Shown here piece by piece: positions 10,901 to 23,262 of a DNA stretch of 46,558 bases (the first letter of the stretch is position 1; every line of letters begins with the position of its first letter). The notes under the pieces were generated by a model. That model did not search any database and had not been told where the DNA came from. It saw only the letters and a list, made by a program, of their open reading frames with translations. The translations under genes were made by a program, and so were the position numbers. Source of the stretch: Macrostomum lignano (Eukaryota); NCBI GenBank assembly GCA_002269645.1, contig NIVC01004422.1, positions 1 through 46,558 on the forward strand. The letters run 5' to 3'.

Positions 10901-13900
10901 TCATATAAAAATCATAGAAGCGTCATTTAAAAAATCATAGAAGCGTCATGCAAACAATCATAGAAGCGTCATGTAAAAAATCATAGAAGCGTCATGTAAA
11001 CAATCATAGAAGCGTCATTTAAACAATCATAGAAGCGTCATTAAAAAATAATAGAAGCGTCATTTAAAAAATCATAAAAGCGTCATTTAAAAAATCATAG
11101 AAGCGTCATATAAAAATCGTAGAAGCGTCATGTAAAAAATCATAGAAGCGTCATATAAAAATCATAGAAGCGTCATTCAAAAAATCATAGAAGCGTCATG
11201 TAAACAATCATAGAAGCGTCATGTAAACAATCATAGAAGCGTCATGTAAAAAATCATAGAAGCGTCATATAAAAATCATAGAAGCGTCATTCAAAAAATC
11301 ATAGAAGCGTCATGTAAACAATCATAGAAGCGTCATGTAAAAAATCGTAGAAGCGTCATGTAAAAAATCTTAGAAGCGTCATGTAAACAATCATAGAAGC
11401 GTCATGTAAACAATCATAGAAGCGTCATGTAAACAATCATAAAAGCGTCATGTAAACAATCATAGAAGCGTCATGTAAACAATCATAGAAGCGTCATTTA
11501 AACAATCATAGAAGCGTCATTAAAAAATAATAGAAGCGTCATTTAAAAAATCATAGAAGAGTCATGTAAAAAATCATAGAAGCGTCATGTAAACAATCAT
11601 AGAAGTGTCATGTAAAAAATCATAGAAGCGTCATGTAAAAAATCATAGAAGCGTCATGTAAACAATCATAGAAGCGTCATGTAAACAATTATAGAAGCGT
11701 CATGTAAACAATCATAGAAGCGTCATGTAAACAATCATAGAAGCGTCATGTAAACAATCATAGAAGCGTCATGTAAACAATCATAGAAGCGTCATGTAAA
11801 CAATCATAGAAGCGTCATGTAAACAATCATAGAAGCGTCATGTAAACAATCATAGAAGCGTCATTTAAACAATCATAGAAGCGTCATTAAAAAATAATAG
11901 AAGCGTCATTTAAAAAATCATAAAAGCGTCATTTAAAAAATCATAGAAGCGTCATATAAAAATCGTAGAAGCGTCATGTAAAAAATCATAGAAGCGTCAT
12001 TCAAAAAATCATAGAAGCGTCATGTAAACAATCATAGAAGCGTCATGTAAACAATCATAGAAGCGTCATGTAAAAAATCATAGAAGCGTCATATAAAAAT
12101 CATAGAAGCGTCATTCAAAAAATCATAGAAGCGTCATGTAAACAATCATAGAAGCGTCATGTAAAAAATCGTAGAAGCGTCATGTAAAAAATCTTAGAAG
12201 CGTCATGTAAACAATCATAGAAGCGTCATGTAAACAATCATAGAAGCGTCATGTAAACAATCATAAAAGCGTCATGTAAACAATCATAGAAGCGTCATGT
12301 AAACAATCATAGAAGCGTCATTTAAACAATCATAGAAGCGTCATTAAAAAATAATAGAAGCGTCATTTAAAAAATCATAGAAGAGTCATGTAAAAAATCA
12401 TAGAAGCGTCATTTAAACAATCATAGAAGCGTCATTAAAAAATAATAGAAGCGTCATGTAAAAAATCATAAAAGCGTCATTTAAAAAATCATAGAAGCGT
12501 CATATAAAAATCGTAGAAGCGTCATGTAAAAAATCATAGAAGCGTCATATAAAAATCATAGAAGAGTCATTCAAAAAATCATAGAAGCGTCATGTAAACA
12601 ATCATAGAAGCGTCATGTAAACAATCATAGAAGCGTCATGTAAACAATCATAGAAGCGTCATGTAAACAATCATAGAAGCGTCATGTAAACAATCATAGA
12701 AGCGTCATGTAAAAAATCATAGAAGCGTCATGTAAAAAATCATAGAAGCGTCATTAAAAAATCATTGAAGCGCCATTTAAAAAATCATAGAAGCGTCATA
12801 TAAAAATCGTAGAAGCGTCATGTAAACAATCATAGAAGCGTCATGTAAACAATCATAGAAGCGTCATGTAAACAATCATAGAAGCGCCATGTAAAAAATC
12901 ATAGAAGCGTCATGTAAACAATCATAGAAGTGTCATGTAAAAAATCGTAGAAGCGTCATGTAAACAATCATAGAAGCGTCATGTAAACAATCATAGAAGC
13001 GTCATGTAAACAATCATAGAAGCGTCATATAAAAATCATAGAAGCGTCATGTAAAAATCATAGAAGCGTCAAGAAAAAATCATAGAAGCCTCATTTAAAA
13101 ACTAATGAAAGTGTCATTTAAAAAATTAAGAAGCGTCACGGTAGAATAAAAAAACGTCATGTCAGACATGAAGGGTTCATGTAAAAATTAAATGCAATTA
13201 TAATGCTGTGCTGGGGAGAAAAACTGAGACGTAAAGGCTCTCAGAGAATAACTGAGATTACGGGGGGGGGGTTTCTGAGATGTCAAAGCAAAAGTCAGAA
13301 GCTACTTCAAAGTTCATGTCACGGGGGGGGGGCGCTGATAGAAGAAGAGTCATGTAAAAAATAAAAGTAGCACTATGTATACATAAAAGAAAAGTCATGT
13401 CGAAGTTGAAAGATTCATTTGGGAATTGCTACGATGTCAAAGCTTGGTGGAAATCGTTATAGTGCTGTTATTCTTAAAGAAGGAATCACTAAAATGTCAA
13501 GGCTTAGGGGAGAAGAATTGCTGAGATTTCAAGGCTTTAGGTTGGGTTAAAGTTAGGTTTAGGTCAGGTGTGGGTTGAGGGTTATATTTTATCGGGTTTC
13601 AAGGTTAACAGGGGATTTTTTAGATTTCAAGGTTTATGGGGGCCATTGCTGACATGTCAAGGCTTACGGGGGAATAGCTGAGATGTCAAGGCTCACGGGG
13701 GTATAAATGAGATTTCAAGGCTAAAGTCAGAAGCTACATGTAGTTTATTGAAAACTTTTTATTACATTATTTGATGCCTCCTCAGGGGAGGGATCGCTGA
13801 TAAAAAAGCGTAATGTAAAAAATAAAATAAGCTTCATGTCGAAGTTAAGAGATTCATTTGGGAATCCCTACGATGTTGAGGCTTGCAGGGAATCGCTATA

Positions 13901-16900
13901 ATGCTGTAGTAGTGCTATAATGACTCTTAGAGAGAATTACTGAAATTTCAATGCTTTAGGGTTAGGTTAGGGTTAGGGTTAGGGTTAGGGTTAGGCTAGG
14001 GTTAGGGTTAGAAGGTTGACAGATATTTTTAGATTTCCAAGGCTTATTGGGGGCATTGCTGAGATGTCAAGGGGGGAAGTTGATATGTTAAAGCTTGTGG
14101 GGGGGGGATAACTGACATGTCAAGGCTTACAAGGTTTGACAGAAGATTTTTTAGGATTTCAAGGATACATGTAGCTTATTAAAAAAACGTGTATTGCATT
14201 TCTTTGGCTCCCCAACGGGGGGCGTAGATTGCTAGTCCAATATACTAAAAATGGTCTGTCGGTATATGTGTGTGTGTGTGTGTGTGATCGATTTTAGCAA
14301 AAACGGCTCAACCGATTTGTTCGAATTTGCACTGTTCGATCAGAAATTTTCCCGTGACGGTACATGCATCGTGGCTAAGAAATTGCTAAATGCTAAAGGC
14401 ATTAAATATTCGAAAAACATGCTTTTTTGCAAAGGTAAAGCAAAATTTTCGACTTGAAATGCATTGTAAGAATGCTAGAGAAAAAACTGACTGGTTGAAT
14501 TCTGATTCTGAAATAGATTGCATCATCACAATAGGCTTTTATTTATCGTTTGGGTACTGGCTGAATTTTGACACTGAATTGAATTACGTCACAGTATAGA
14601 AAACGCAGTGTGGAAGCATAGCACAATACTTGATTTATCTTGCGTAACCATATTGCTAACTTTAATGGACTGGTACTGACTTGCCTAAGAAATTGATTAT
14701 GTCATAACTGCCTCTTGTAACTTTTACTCAATTGACTTGGTGTGAGTGTTGAATTATAAGTGCTACAAATTCGTTCATAATTTCAATGAGAGCTAGCCTA
14801 GATGTAAACACACTGGACTGCTAATGCAGCTACCTGGGTTCGAATCTTAGTAGTGTATAAAAGAATAAAAGTGGCATAAATTTTTTATTGAAAGCTTTTA
14901 TTAAAAAACTAATTAAAAAGACCTGGATTATGGATTATAAGCCAAGGATTATTGCACTTGATAAACCAAGGATTATTGCACTGGATAAGCCAAGGATTAC
15001 TGCACTTGATAAGCCAAGGATTACTGCACTTGATAAACCAAGACTTACTGCACTTGATAAACCAATGATTACTTCACTGGATAAACCAAGACTTACGGCA
15101 CTTTATAAACCAAGGATTTCTGCACTTGATAAACCAAGACTTACTGCACTTGATAAACCAAGGATTTCTGCACTTGATAAACCAAGGATTTCTGCACTTG
15201 ATAAACCAAGGATTTCTGCACTTGATAAACCAAGACTTACTGCACTTGATAAACCAAGGATTTCTGCATTTGATAGACCAGAACTTACTGCACTTGATAA
15301 GCCAAGGATTACTGCACTTGATAAACCAATGATTACTGCACTTGATTAACCAAGACTTACTGCACTTGATAAACCAAGGATTACTGCACTTGATAAACCA
15401 AGACTTACTGCACTTGTTAGACCAAGGCTTACTGTACTTGATTAACCAAGGATTTCTGCACTTGATAAACAAAGGATTACTGCACTTGATAAGCCAAGGA
15501 TTACTTCGCTTGATAAGTCAAAGATTTCTGCACTTGATAAACCAAGACTTACTGCACTTGATAAACCAAGGATTACTGCAGTTTATATACCAAGGATTAC
15601 TGCAGTTTATATACCAAGGATTACTGCACTTGATAAACCAAGGATTTCTGCACCTGATAGACCAACGATTACTGCACTTGATAGACCAAGGCTTACTGCA
15701 CTTGATAAACCAAGGATTACTGCGCTTGGCAAACAAAGGATTACTGCGCTTGATAAGCTTGGCTACATGTATGGGATTCTTTCTATCTAGGTATGTTTGC
15801 TTTTTATGGATTCTGCAAGGATTACAAGCCAAGGATTACTGCGCTTGATAAACCAAGGATTATTGCACTTGATAAACCAAGGATTATTGCACTTGATAAA
15901 CCAAGGATCATTGCACTTGATAGACCAAGGATTACTGCACTTGATAAACCAAGACTTACTGCACTTGATAAGCCAAGGATTATTGCACTTGATAGACCAG
16001 AACTTACTGCACTTGATAAACCAAGGATTTCTGCACTTAATAAACCAAGACTTACTGCACTTGATAAACCAATGCTAACTTCACTGGATAGACCAAGACT
16101 TACGGCACTTTATAAACCAAGGATTACTGCACTTGATAAACCAAGGATTATTGCACTTGATAAGCCAAGGATTATTGCACTGGATAAGCCAAGGATTACT
16201 GCGCTTGATAAACCAAGGATTATTGCACTTGATAAACCAAGGATTACTGCACTTGATAAGCCAAGGATTATTGCACTCGATAAGCCAAGGATTACTGCAC
16301 TTGATAAACCAAGGATTACTGCACTTGATAAGCCAAGGATTACTGCACTTGATAAACCAAGGATTATTGCACTTGATAAACCAAGGACTACTGCGCTTGA
16401 TAAACAAAGGATTATTGCACTTGATAAGCCAAGGATTATTGCACTTGATAGACCAGAACTTACTGCACTTGATAAACCAAGGATTACTGCACTTGATAAG
16501 CCAAGGATTATTGCACTTAATAAACCAAGGATTATTGCACTTGATAAGCCAAGGATTATTGCACTGGATAAGCCAAGGATTATTGCGCTTGATAAACCAA
16601 GGATTATTGCACTTGATAAGCCAAGGATTACTGCACTTGATAAGCTAAGGATTATTGCACTTGATAAGCCAAGGATTATTGCACTGGATAAGCCAAGGAT
16701 TACTGCGCTTGATAAACCAAGGATTATTGCACTTGATAAGCCAAGGATTACTGCACTTGATAAGCCAAGGATTATTGCACTCGATAAGCCAAGGATTACT
16801 GCACTTGATAAACCAAGGATTACTGCACTTGATAAGCCAAGGATTACTGCACTTGATAAACCAAGGATTATTGCACTTGATAAACCAAGGACTACTGCGC

Positions 16901-19900
16901 TTGATAAACAAAGGATTATTGCACTTGATAAGCCAAGGATTATTGCACTTGATAGACCAGAACTTACTGCACTTGATAAACCAAGGATTACTGCACTTGA
17001 TAAGCCAAGGATTTCTGCACTTGATAAACCAAGACTTGGTTTATCAAGTGCACTTGATAGACCAAGGATTACTGCACTTGATAAACCAAGACTTACTGCA
17101 CTTGATAGACCAAGGATGACTGCACTTGATAGACCAGAACTTACTGCACTTGATAAACCAATGATTACTGCACTTGATAAACCAAGGATTACTGCACTTG
17201 ATAAGCCAAGACTTACTGCACTTGATAAACCAAGACTTACTGCACTTGATAAACCAATGATTACTTCACTGGATAAACCAAGACTTACGGCACTTTATAA
17301 ACCAAGGATTTCTGCACTTGATAAACCAAGACTTACTGCACTTGATAAACCAAGGATTTCTGCACTTGATAAACCAAGGATTTCTGCACTTGATAAACCA
17401 AGGATTTCTGCACTTGATAAACCAAGACTTACTGCACTTGATAAACCAAGGATTTCTGCATTTGATAGACCAGAACTTACTGCACTTGATAAGCCAAGGA
17501 TTACTGCACTTGATAAACCAATGATTACTGCACTTGATTAACCAAGACTTACTGCACTTGATAAACCAAGGATTACTGCACTTGATAAACCAAGACTTAC
17601 TGCACTTGTTAGACCAAGGCTTACTGTACTTGATTAACCAAGGATTTCTGCACTTGATAAACAAAGGATTACTGCACTTGATAAGCCAAGGATTACTTCG
17701 CTTGATAAGTCAAAGATTTCTGCACTTGATAAACCAAGACTTACTGCACTTGATAAACCAAGGATTACTGCAGTTTATATACCAAGGATTACTGCACTTG
17801 ATAAACCAAGGATTTCTGCACCTGATAGACCAACGATTACTGCACTTGTTAGACCAAGGCTTACTGTACTTGATTAACCAAGGATTTCTGCACTTGATAA
17901 ACAAAGGATTACTGCACTTGATAAGCCAAGGATTACTTCGCTTGATAAGTCAAAGATTATTGCACTTGATAGACCAAGGATTACTGCACTTGATAAACCA
18001 AGACTTACTGCACTTGATAAGCCAAGGATTATTGCACTTGATAGACCAGAACTTACTGCACTTGATAAACCAAGGATTTCTGCACTTAATAAACCAAGAC
18101 TTACTGCACTTGATAAACCAATGCTAACTTCACTGGATAGACCAAGACTTACGGCACTTTATAAACCAAGGATTACTGCACTTGATAAACCAAGGATTAT
18201 TGCACTTGATAAGCCAAGGATTATTGCACTGGATAAGCCAAGGATTACTGCGCTTGATAAACCAAGGATTATTGCACTTGATAAACCAAGGATTACTGCA
18301 CTTGATAAGCCAAGGATTATTGCACTCGATAAGCCAAGGATTACTGCACTTGATAAACCAAGGATTACTGCACTTGATAAGCCAAGGATTACTGCACTTG
18401 ATAAACCAAGGATTATTGCACTTGATAAACCAAGGACTACTGCGCTTGATAAACAAAGGATTATTGCACTTGATAAGCCAAGGATTATTGCACTTGATAG
18501 ACCAGAACTTACTGCACTTGATAAACCAAGGATTACTGCACTTGATAAGCCAAGGATTATTGCACTTAATAAACCAAGGATTATTGCACTTGATAAGCCA
18601 AGGATTATTGCACTGGATAAGCCAAGGATTATTGCGCTTGATAAACCAAGGATTATTGCACTTGATAAGCCAAGGATTACTGCACTTGATAAGCTAAGGA
18701 TTATTGCACTTGATAAGCCAAGGATTATTGCACTGGATAAGCCAAGGATTACTGCGCTTGATAAACCAAGGATTATTGCACTTGATAAGCCAAGGATTAC
18801 TGCACTTGATAATCCAAGTATTATTGCACTCGATAAGCCAAGGATTACTGCACTTGATAAACCAAGGATTACTGCACTTGATAAGCCAAGGATTACTGCA
18901 CTTGATAAACCAAGGATTATTGCACTTGATAAACCAAGGACTACTGCGCTTGATAAACAAAGGATTATTGCACTTGATAAGCCAAGGATTATTGCACTTG
19001 ATAGACCAGAACTTACTGCACTTGATAAACCAAGGATTACTGCACTTGATAAGCCAAGGATTTCTGCACTTGATAAACCAAGACTTGGTTTATCAAGTGC
19101 ACTTGATAGACCAAGGATTACTGCACTTGATAAACCAAGACTTACTGCACTTGATAGACCAAGGATGACTGCACTTGATAGACCAGAACTTACTGCACTT
19201 GATAAACCAATGATTACTGCACTTGATAAACCAAGGATTACTGCACTTGATAAGCCAAGACTTACTGCACTTGATAAACCAAGACTTACTGCACTTGATA
19301 AACCAATGATTACTTCACTGGATAAACCAAGACTTACGGCACTTTATAAACCAAGGATTTCTGCACTTGATAAACCAAGACTTACTGCACTTGATAAACC
19401 AAGGATTTCTGCACTTGATAAACCAAGGATTTCTGCACTTGATAAACCAAGGATTTCTGCACTTGATAAACCAAGACTTACTGCACTTGATAAACCAAGG
19501 ATTTCTGCATTTGATAGACCAGAACTTACTGCACTTGATAAGCCAAGGATTACTGCACTTGATAAACCAATGATTACTGCACTTGATTAACCAAGACTTA
19601 CTGCACTTGATAAACCAAGGATTACTGCACTTGATAAACCAAGACTTACTGCACTTGTTAGACCAAGGCTTACTGTACTTGATTAACCAAGGATTTCTGC
19701 ACTTGATAAACAAAGGATTACTGCACTTGATAAGCCAAGGATTACTTCGCTTGATAAGTCAAAGATTTCTGCACTTGATAAACCAAGACTTACTGCACTT
19801 GATAAACCAAGGATTACTGCAGTTTATATACCAAGGATTACTGCAGTTTATATACCAAGGATTACTGCACTTGATAAACCAAGGATTTCTGCACCTGATA

Positions 19901-21753
19901 GACCAACGATTACTGCACTTGATAGACCAAGGCTTACTGCACTTGATAAACCAAGGATTACTGCGCTTGGCAAACAAAGGATTACTGCGCTTGATAAGCT
20001 TGGCTACATGTATGGGATTCTTTCTATCTAGGTATGTTTGCTTTTTATGGATTCTTGCTAACTGGGTGGATGCTTGCTATCTGGGGGATGCTTGCTGTCT
20101 GGGTGGATGCTTCTACAATATCTGGGGGGTGCTTTGTATCTGCAGGATGCTTGCTGTCTGGGTAGATGCTTGCTATCTGGGGGATGCTTGCTGTCTGGGT
20201 GGATGCTTCTACAATATTTGGGGGATGCTTGCTATCTAGCTGGATGTTTCTACAATATTTGGGGGATGCTTGCTATCTAGCTGGATGTTTCTACAATATT
20301 TGGGGGATGCTTGTTATCTGCAGATGCTTGCTATCTGGGTGGATGCTTCTACAATATTTGGGGGATGCTTGCTATCTGGGTGGATGTTTCTACAATATTT
20401 GGGGGATGCTTGCTATCTAGCTGGATGTTTCTACAATATTTGGGGGATGCTTGTTATCTGCAGATGCTTGCTATCTGGGTGGATGCTTCTACAATATTTT
20501 GGGGATGCTTGCTATTTGGGTGGATGTTTCTACAATATTTGGGGGATGCTTGTTATCTGCAGATGCTTGCTATCTGGGTGGATGCTTCTACAATATTTGG
20601 GAAATGCTTGCTGTCTGCAGGATGCTTGCTATCTGCAGATGCTTGCTATCTGGGTGGATGCTTCTACAATATTTGGGGGATGCTTGCTATCTGGGTGGAT
20701 GCTTCTACAATATTTGGGGGATGCTTGCTATCTGGGTGGATGCTTCTACAATATTTGGGGGGATGCTTGCTATCTGGGTGGATGCTTCTACAATATTTGG
20801 GGGATGCTTGCTATTTGGGTGGATGATTCTACAATATTTGGGAAATGCTTGCTGTCTGCAGGATGCTTGCTATCTGCAGATGCTTGCTATCTGGGTGGAT
20901 GATTCTACAATATTTGGGGGATGCTTGCTATCTGGGTGGATGATTCTACAATATTTGGGAAATGCTTGCTGTCTGCAGGATGCTCGCTATCTGGGTGGAT
21001 GCTTGCTACGAGTATTAGGAGATGCTTGCTATCTGCGGTTGCTTACTTTTGGAGGGGGTGCTTGCTATCCGGAGGGATGCTTGCTGTCTTGGGAATATTT
21101 TCTATTTAGGGGTAATGTCTATTATCTTTGTGAAAGTTATATTTTGTTGTTTATTTGTTAATTTTAGAAAAAAATAGATTCATAGAAAATATCATTGTCC
21201 GTGACAATTTTACATGAATAAGGTGATTTTTAAAAGTTAAGAAGGAATCGGTGTTTAAGAAAATGTGCTTTTTTAATTGTTTTCCATTAACTATTTTTGC
21301 TCCGTGCTTATTGGGCGCCCGAAGGGGGGCCGCACTAGATTGCTAGTTACTGTCTAAAGACGTATTTTTCTGAATTTCGGGCATCCAATAGAGCTTTTAT
21401 ACGACAGACTCGCACGAAAATATCCGCCGAGAAGAGTCAGCTGTTTTCTTGAATTGTCAACTCCTGCAGGTTTGCAGCAGAGTAATGTTTCAGAATGTAT
21501 TTCAAGAAAAATTGAAAACAAATTATCAGAACCACCGAATCCGCATGCAGGCTACGGCTGGGGCTCCCGCGGCTGCCGCATGCTGCGGGCCAAGAAGTGG
21601 CGCATGGACGACCGCAACGGGGGCACGGTGGCCGTGCACCGCTTCCTGCACCTGGGCTACGGATTCGCTGTCCGCCAGAGAAAGTCTTTGTTCAACCTGA
21701 CTAAGGAGTTTGGCAGCGCGAGAGTCAACTTCTATTTACGACGCCCAGTTTGA
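7987..21753 (+). CDS. GT32 family DxD glycosyltransferase, copy 1 (SUR1/CSH1/OCH1-like, Gly_transf_sug), type II membrane protein, ~339 aa
   Basis: Exons 7987-8049, 8947-9304, 9671-10045, 21530-21753 sum to 1020 nt (open, GT-AG, phases 0/1/1). N-terminal anchor [21 protein letters not shown]|LVVALVF. Motifs [34 protein letters not shown]|[29 protein letters not shown]. Exon 1 and the exon-4 acceptor are inferred by homology to the paralogs (an alternative in-phase acceptor exists at 21470). Confidence 0.85.
8318..8657. repeat. Imperfect inverted repeat (~65-bp arms, ~210-bp spacer) in intron 1 of GT copy 1; MITE-like
   Basis: 8318-8383 TTGCCCGCAATGCTTTTTTCCTGCAGCGCGTTTAGCCACGCGGCAGATTCTGTCTG... 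is the near reverse complement of 8594-8657. Confidence 0.7.
10711..13100. repeat. 22-23 bp satellite array, consensus TAGAAGCGTCATGTAAACAATCA (~100 copies)
   Basis: Directly visible tandem units. Variant blocks recur (e.g. TTAAAAAATAATAGAAGCG...ATAAAAGCG at ~11041, ~11888 and ~12435). Confidence 0.97.
13956..14011 (+). repeat. Interstitial telomeric repeat (TTAGGG)n, ~9 units
   Basis: TTAGGGTTAGGTTAGGGTTAGGGTTAGGGTTAGGGTTAGGCTAGGGTTAGGGTTAG. A degenerate sister tract lies at ~13536-13585. Confidence 0.9.
14930..20000. repeat. 21-bp satellite, consensus ACTGCACTTGATAAACCAAGGATT-type (~240 copies) with ~2.05-2.2 kb higher-order repeats
   Basis: Visible tandem units (the ALDKPRI 7-aa pseudo-repeat equals 21 nt). 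Near-identical ORF-track hits recur at offsets of +2192 and +2049. Confidence 0.97.
20062..21090. repeat. ~41-bp minisatellite GATGCTTGCTATCTGGGTGGATGCTTCTACAATATTTGGGG built from ~20-bp GATGCTT subunits
   Basis: Directly visible, degenerating toward 21090. Confidence 0.93.
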
Positions 21754-22068
21754 GCAAAGATGACAAATTTTCATGCCGCAGGGCCTTTCTGCTATTTTAG
21801 CAGCTCAAACTGCCTTCTATTTGTCCTCAGCGAGTTTTTGTTTGCCAAGAATATAGATTTTTTTCAAATTAACGGCGCATTTCACAATTACATTGGGCAG
21901 TATGCGATGTAATCTGCACACGCTATATTGCAGCATTCAGCAATTTGAGCAGCATTTTCGTACAAACTATAAGTCATCAGCGGTTTCAGTCTGTCTAGTA
22001 TTATTTTACATGATTAGCCAAAGTAGCGAAATCTCCTGAATGAAAAACTGAGTCGTATAAATGGTATA

Positions 22069-22689
22069 CTCAGCAACAGTCAAAAGTTCCACCCCACTAA
22101 GCGAGATGATTTTTTCACTTATTTCGAGTGACGCAACCTACGGCACGCGCAAAGCTTATTGCCGCTTGGGGGTGGCTTGGGTCTGCTTAATGGTCCAGGC
22201 CTGGACATTAAGCAGACCCAAGCCCAGGAACAACGCCCCGCCACACCAAGCCGATGCTGTTAGTCAACTGAAGGAACAGCTACAGCTGCGCACTCTGCGC
22301 TGGCCTTCCCGGTCCCCAGACATGAATCCCATCGAGCATGTCTGGGACTTCCTAAAACGTAGCATCCGAAAAGAGAATCCACCATAGAATGTTGCGGAGC
22401 TCTGCGTCATGCCATTGAAATTAACGCTTCGGAGCGGCTTCCCCAGGACTTTCTGCGCCGCCTCATCATTGGGATGCCCCGTAGAGTCGTCGCACTTCTG
22501 CGTGCGAGGGGATCCCACACGCATCACGATTATAACTGAATATTGCATAAAAATTTATGATTTTACTACGAGTATTGATAGTCAATCAACTTTCCCTTCC
22601 TCGCGGCGGCTTAGTTGCGCAACTTGAGGGTTGAATTGTGAGTGTGAAGTTTTCGCAATTTGGAGGGTGGAACTTTGACTGTTGCCGAG
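22069..22689 (+). mobile_element. Internally deleted Tc1/mariner DNA transposon (621 bp) with TIRs and TA target duplication
   Basis: Left TIR CTCAGCAACAGTCAAAAGTTCCACCC and right TIR GGGTGGAACTTTGACTGTTGCCGAG, with TA on both flanks. Transposase remnants NNAPPH, WPSRSPDMNPIEHVW and PQDFLRRLIIGMPRRVVALLRARGSHT. Confidence 0.92.
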
Positions 22690-22697
22690 TATATATA

Positions 22698-22809
22698 TTC
22701 CCCATTTATACCTGTGCTAAGGCAATAAATGCCTGAGAGACAAGTTCGCCGAGGTCAAAAGCGTGGCACGGAAGCATTTTTTGCCATCGACACTTGTATA
22801 AATGGGGAA
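22698..22809. mobile_element. 112-bp MITE with perfect TIR TTCCCCATTTATAC, TA-flanked
   Basis: ATATTCCCCATTTATAC (22695-22711) is the exact reverse complement of GTATAAATGGGGAATAT (22796-22812). Confidence 0.65.
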
Positions 22810-22904
22810 TATTTGTATCCATCAGTTGCCATTTATTTGTACCGGTACCGGTGCAAATAAATGAAATAAACAATTAAACCATAGACTGATGCACCAGTGC
22901 AACT

Positions 22905-23262
22905 GGGGGATACGTAAAGTGAGCGATTGCTCAAACTCGTAAGGTTCCACGTAAGATTGAGTCAGTCTCAATTCAGTGAGATAAAGTTAGTGCATGCTTG
23001 CTCAAAGAGATCTAAATCTAGATTTCTATGGCTTGCTCTTGAGCAAATGCCCATGGTTGTCTATGGTTTCTATGGTTCAACTGCTCAGGGTGGCTGAGGG
23101 TTTGCTCAAAGTTTCAGATATGTCCGTATGCTCGTATTCATACAAAAAGTAAGCGGTTGCTCAATCTCCGAGCTAATTCTCAGCTCTGAGCAACTGCTCC
23201 GACTCAGAGCAGGAGCGTTTACTCGTGAGAAATTGCTCACTTTATTCATAATTTCATACGGC
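22905..23262. mobile_element. Candidate MITE with subterminal inverted repeats and internal TTGCTCA repeats
   Basis: TAAAGTGAGCGATTGCTCA (~22915) is inverted relative to TGAGAAATTGCTCACTTTA (~23226). TSD not identified. Confidence 0.4.

Larger units (their letters stand above)
10101..14235 (+). mobile_element. Non-autonomous Helitron A carrying an internal 23-bp satellite
   Basis: Starts TCCTATATACTAAAAATGGTCTGTC. Ends with a GC hairpin (GCTCCCC-AAC-GGGGGGC) about 10 nt before CTAG (14232-14235). No TSD. The first ~600 bp are homologous to 14236-14900. Confidence 0.8.
14236..21346 (+). mobile_element. Non-autonomous Helitron B carrying 21-bp and ~41-bp satellites
   Basis: Starts TCCAATATACTAAAAATGGTCTGTC immediately after the CTAG of element A. 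Ends with GGCGCCCGAAGGGGGGCC hairpin, then TAGATTGCTAG (CTAG 21343-21346) followed by T. Confidence 0.8.

Noticed and set aside
14888-19590. Long ORFs (153, 582, 489 aa) of ALDKPRI repeats
   Set aside because: They are simply the stop-free frame of a 21-bp satellite inside a Helitron. They are broken by sporadic TAA, there is no unique domain, and they lie within an intron.
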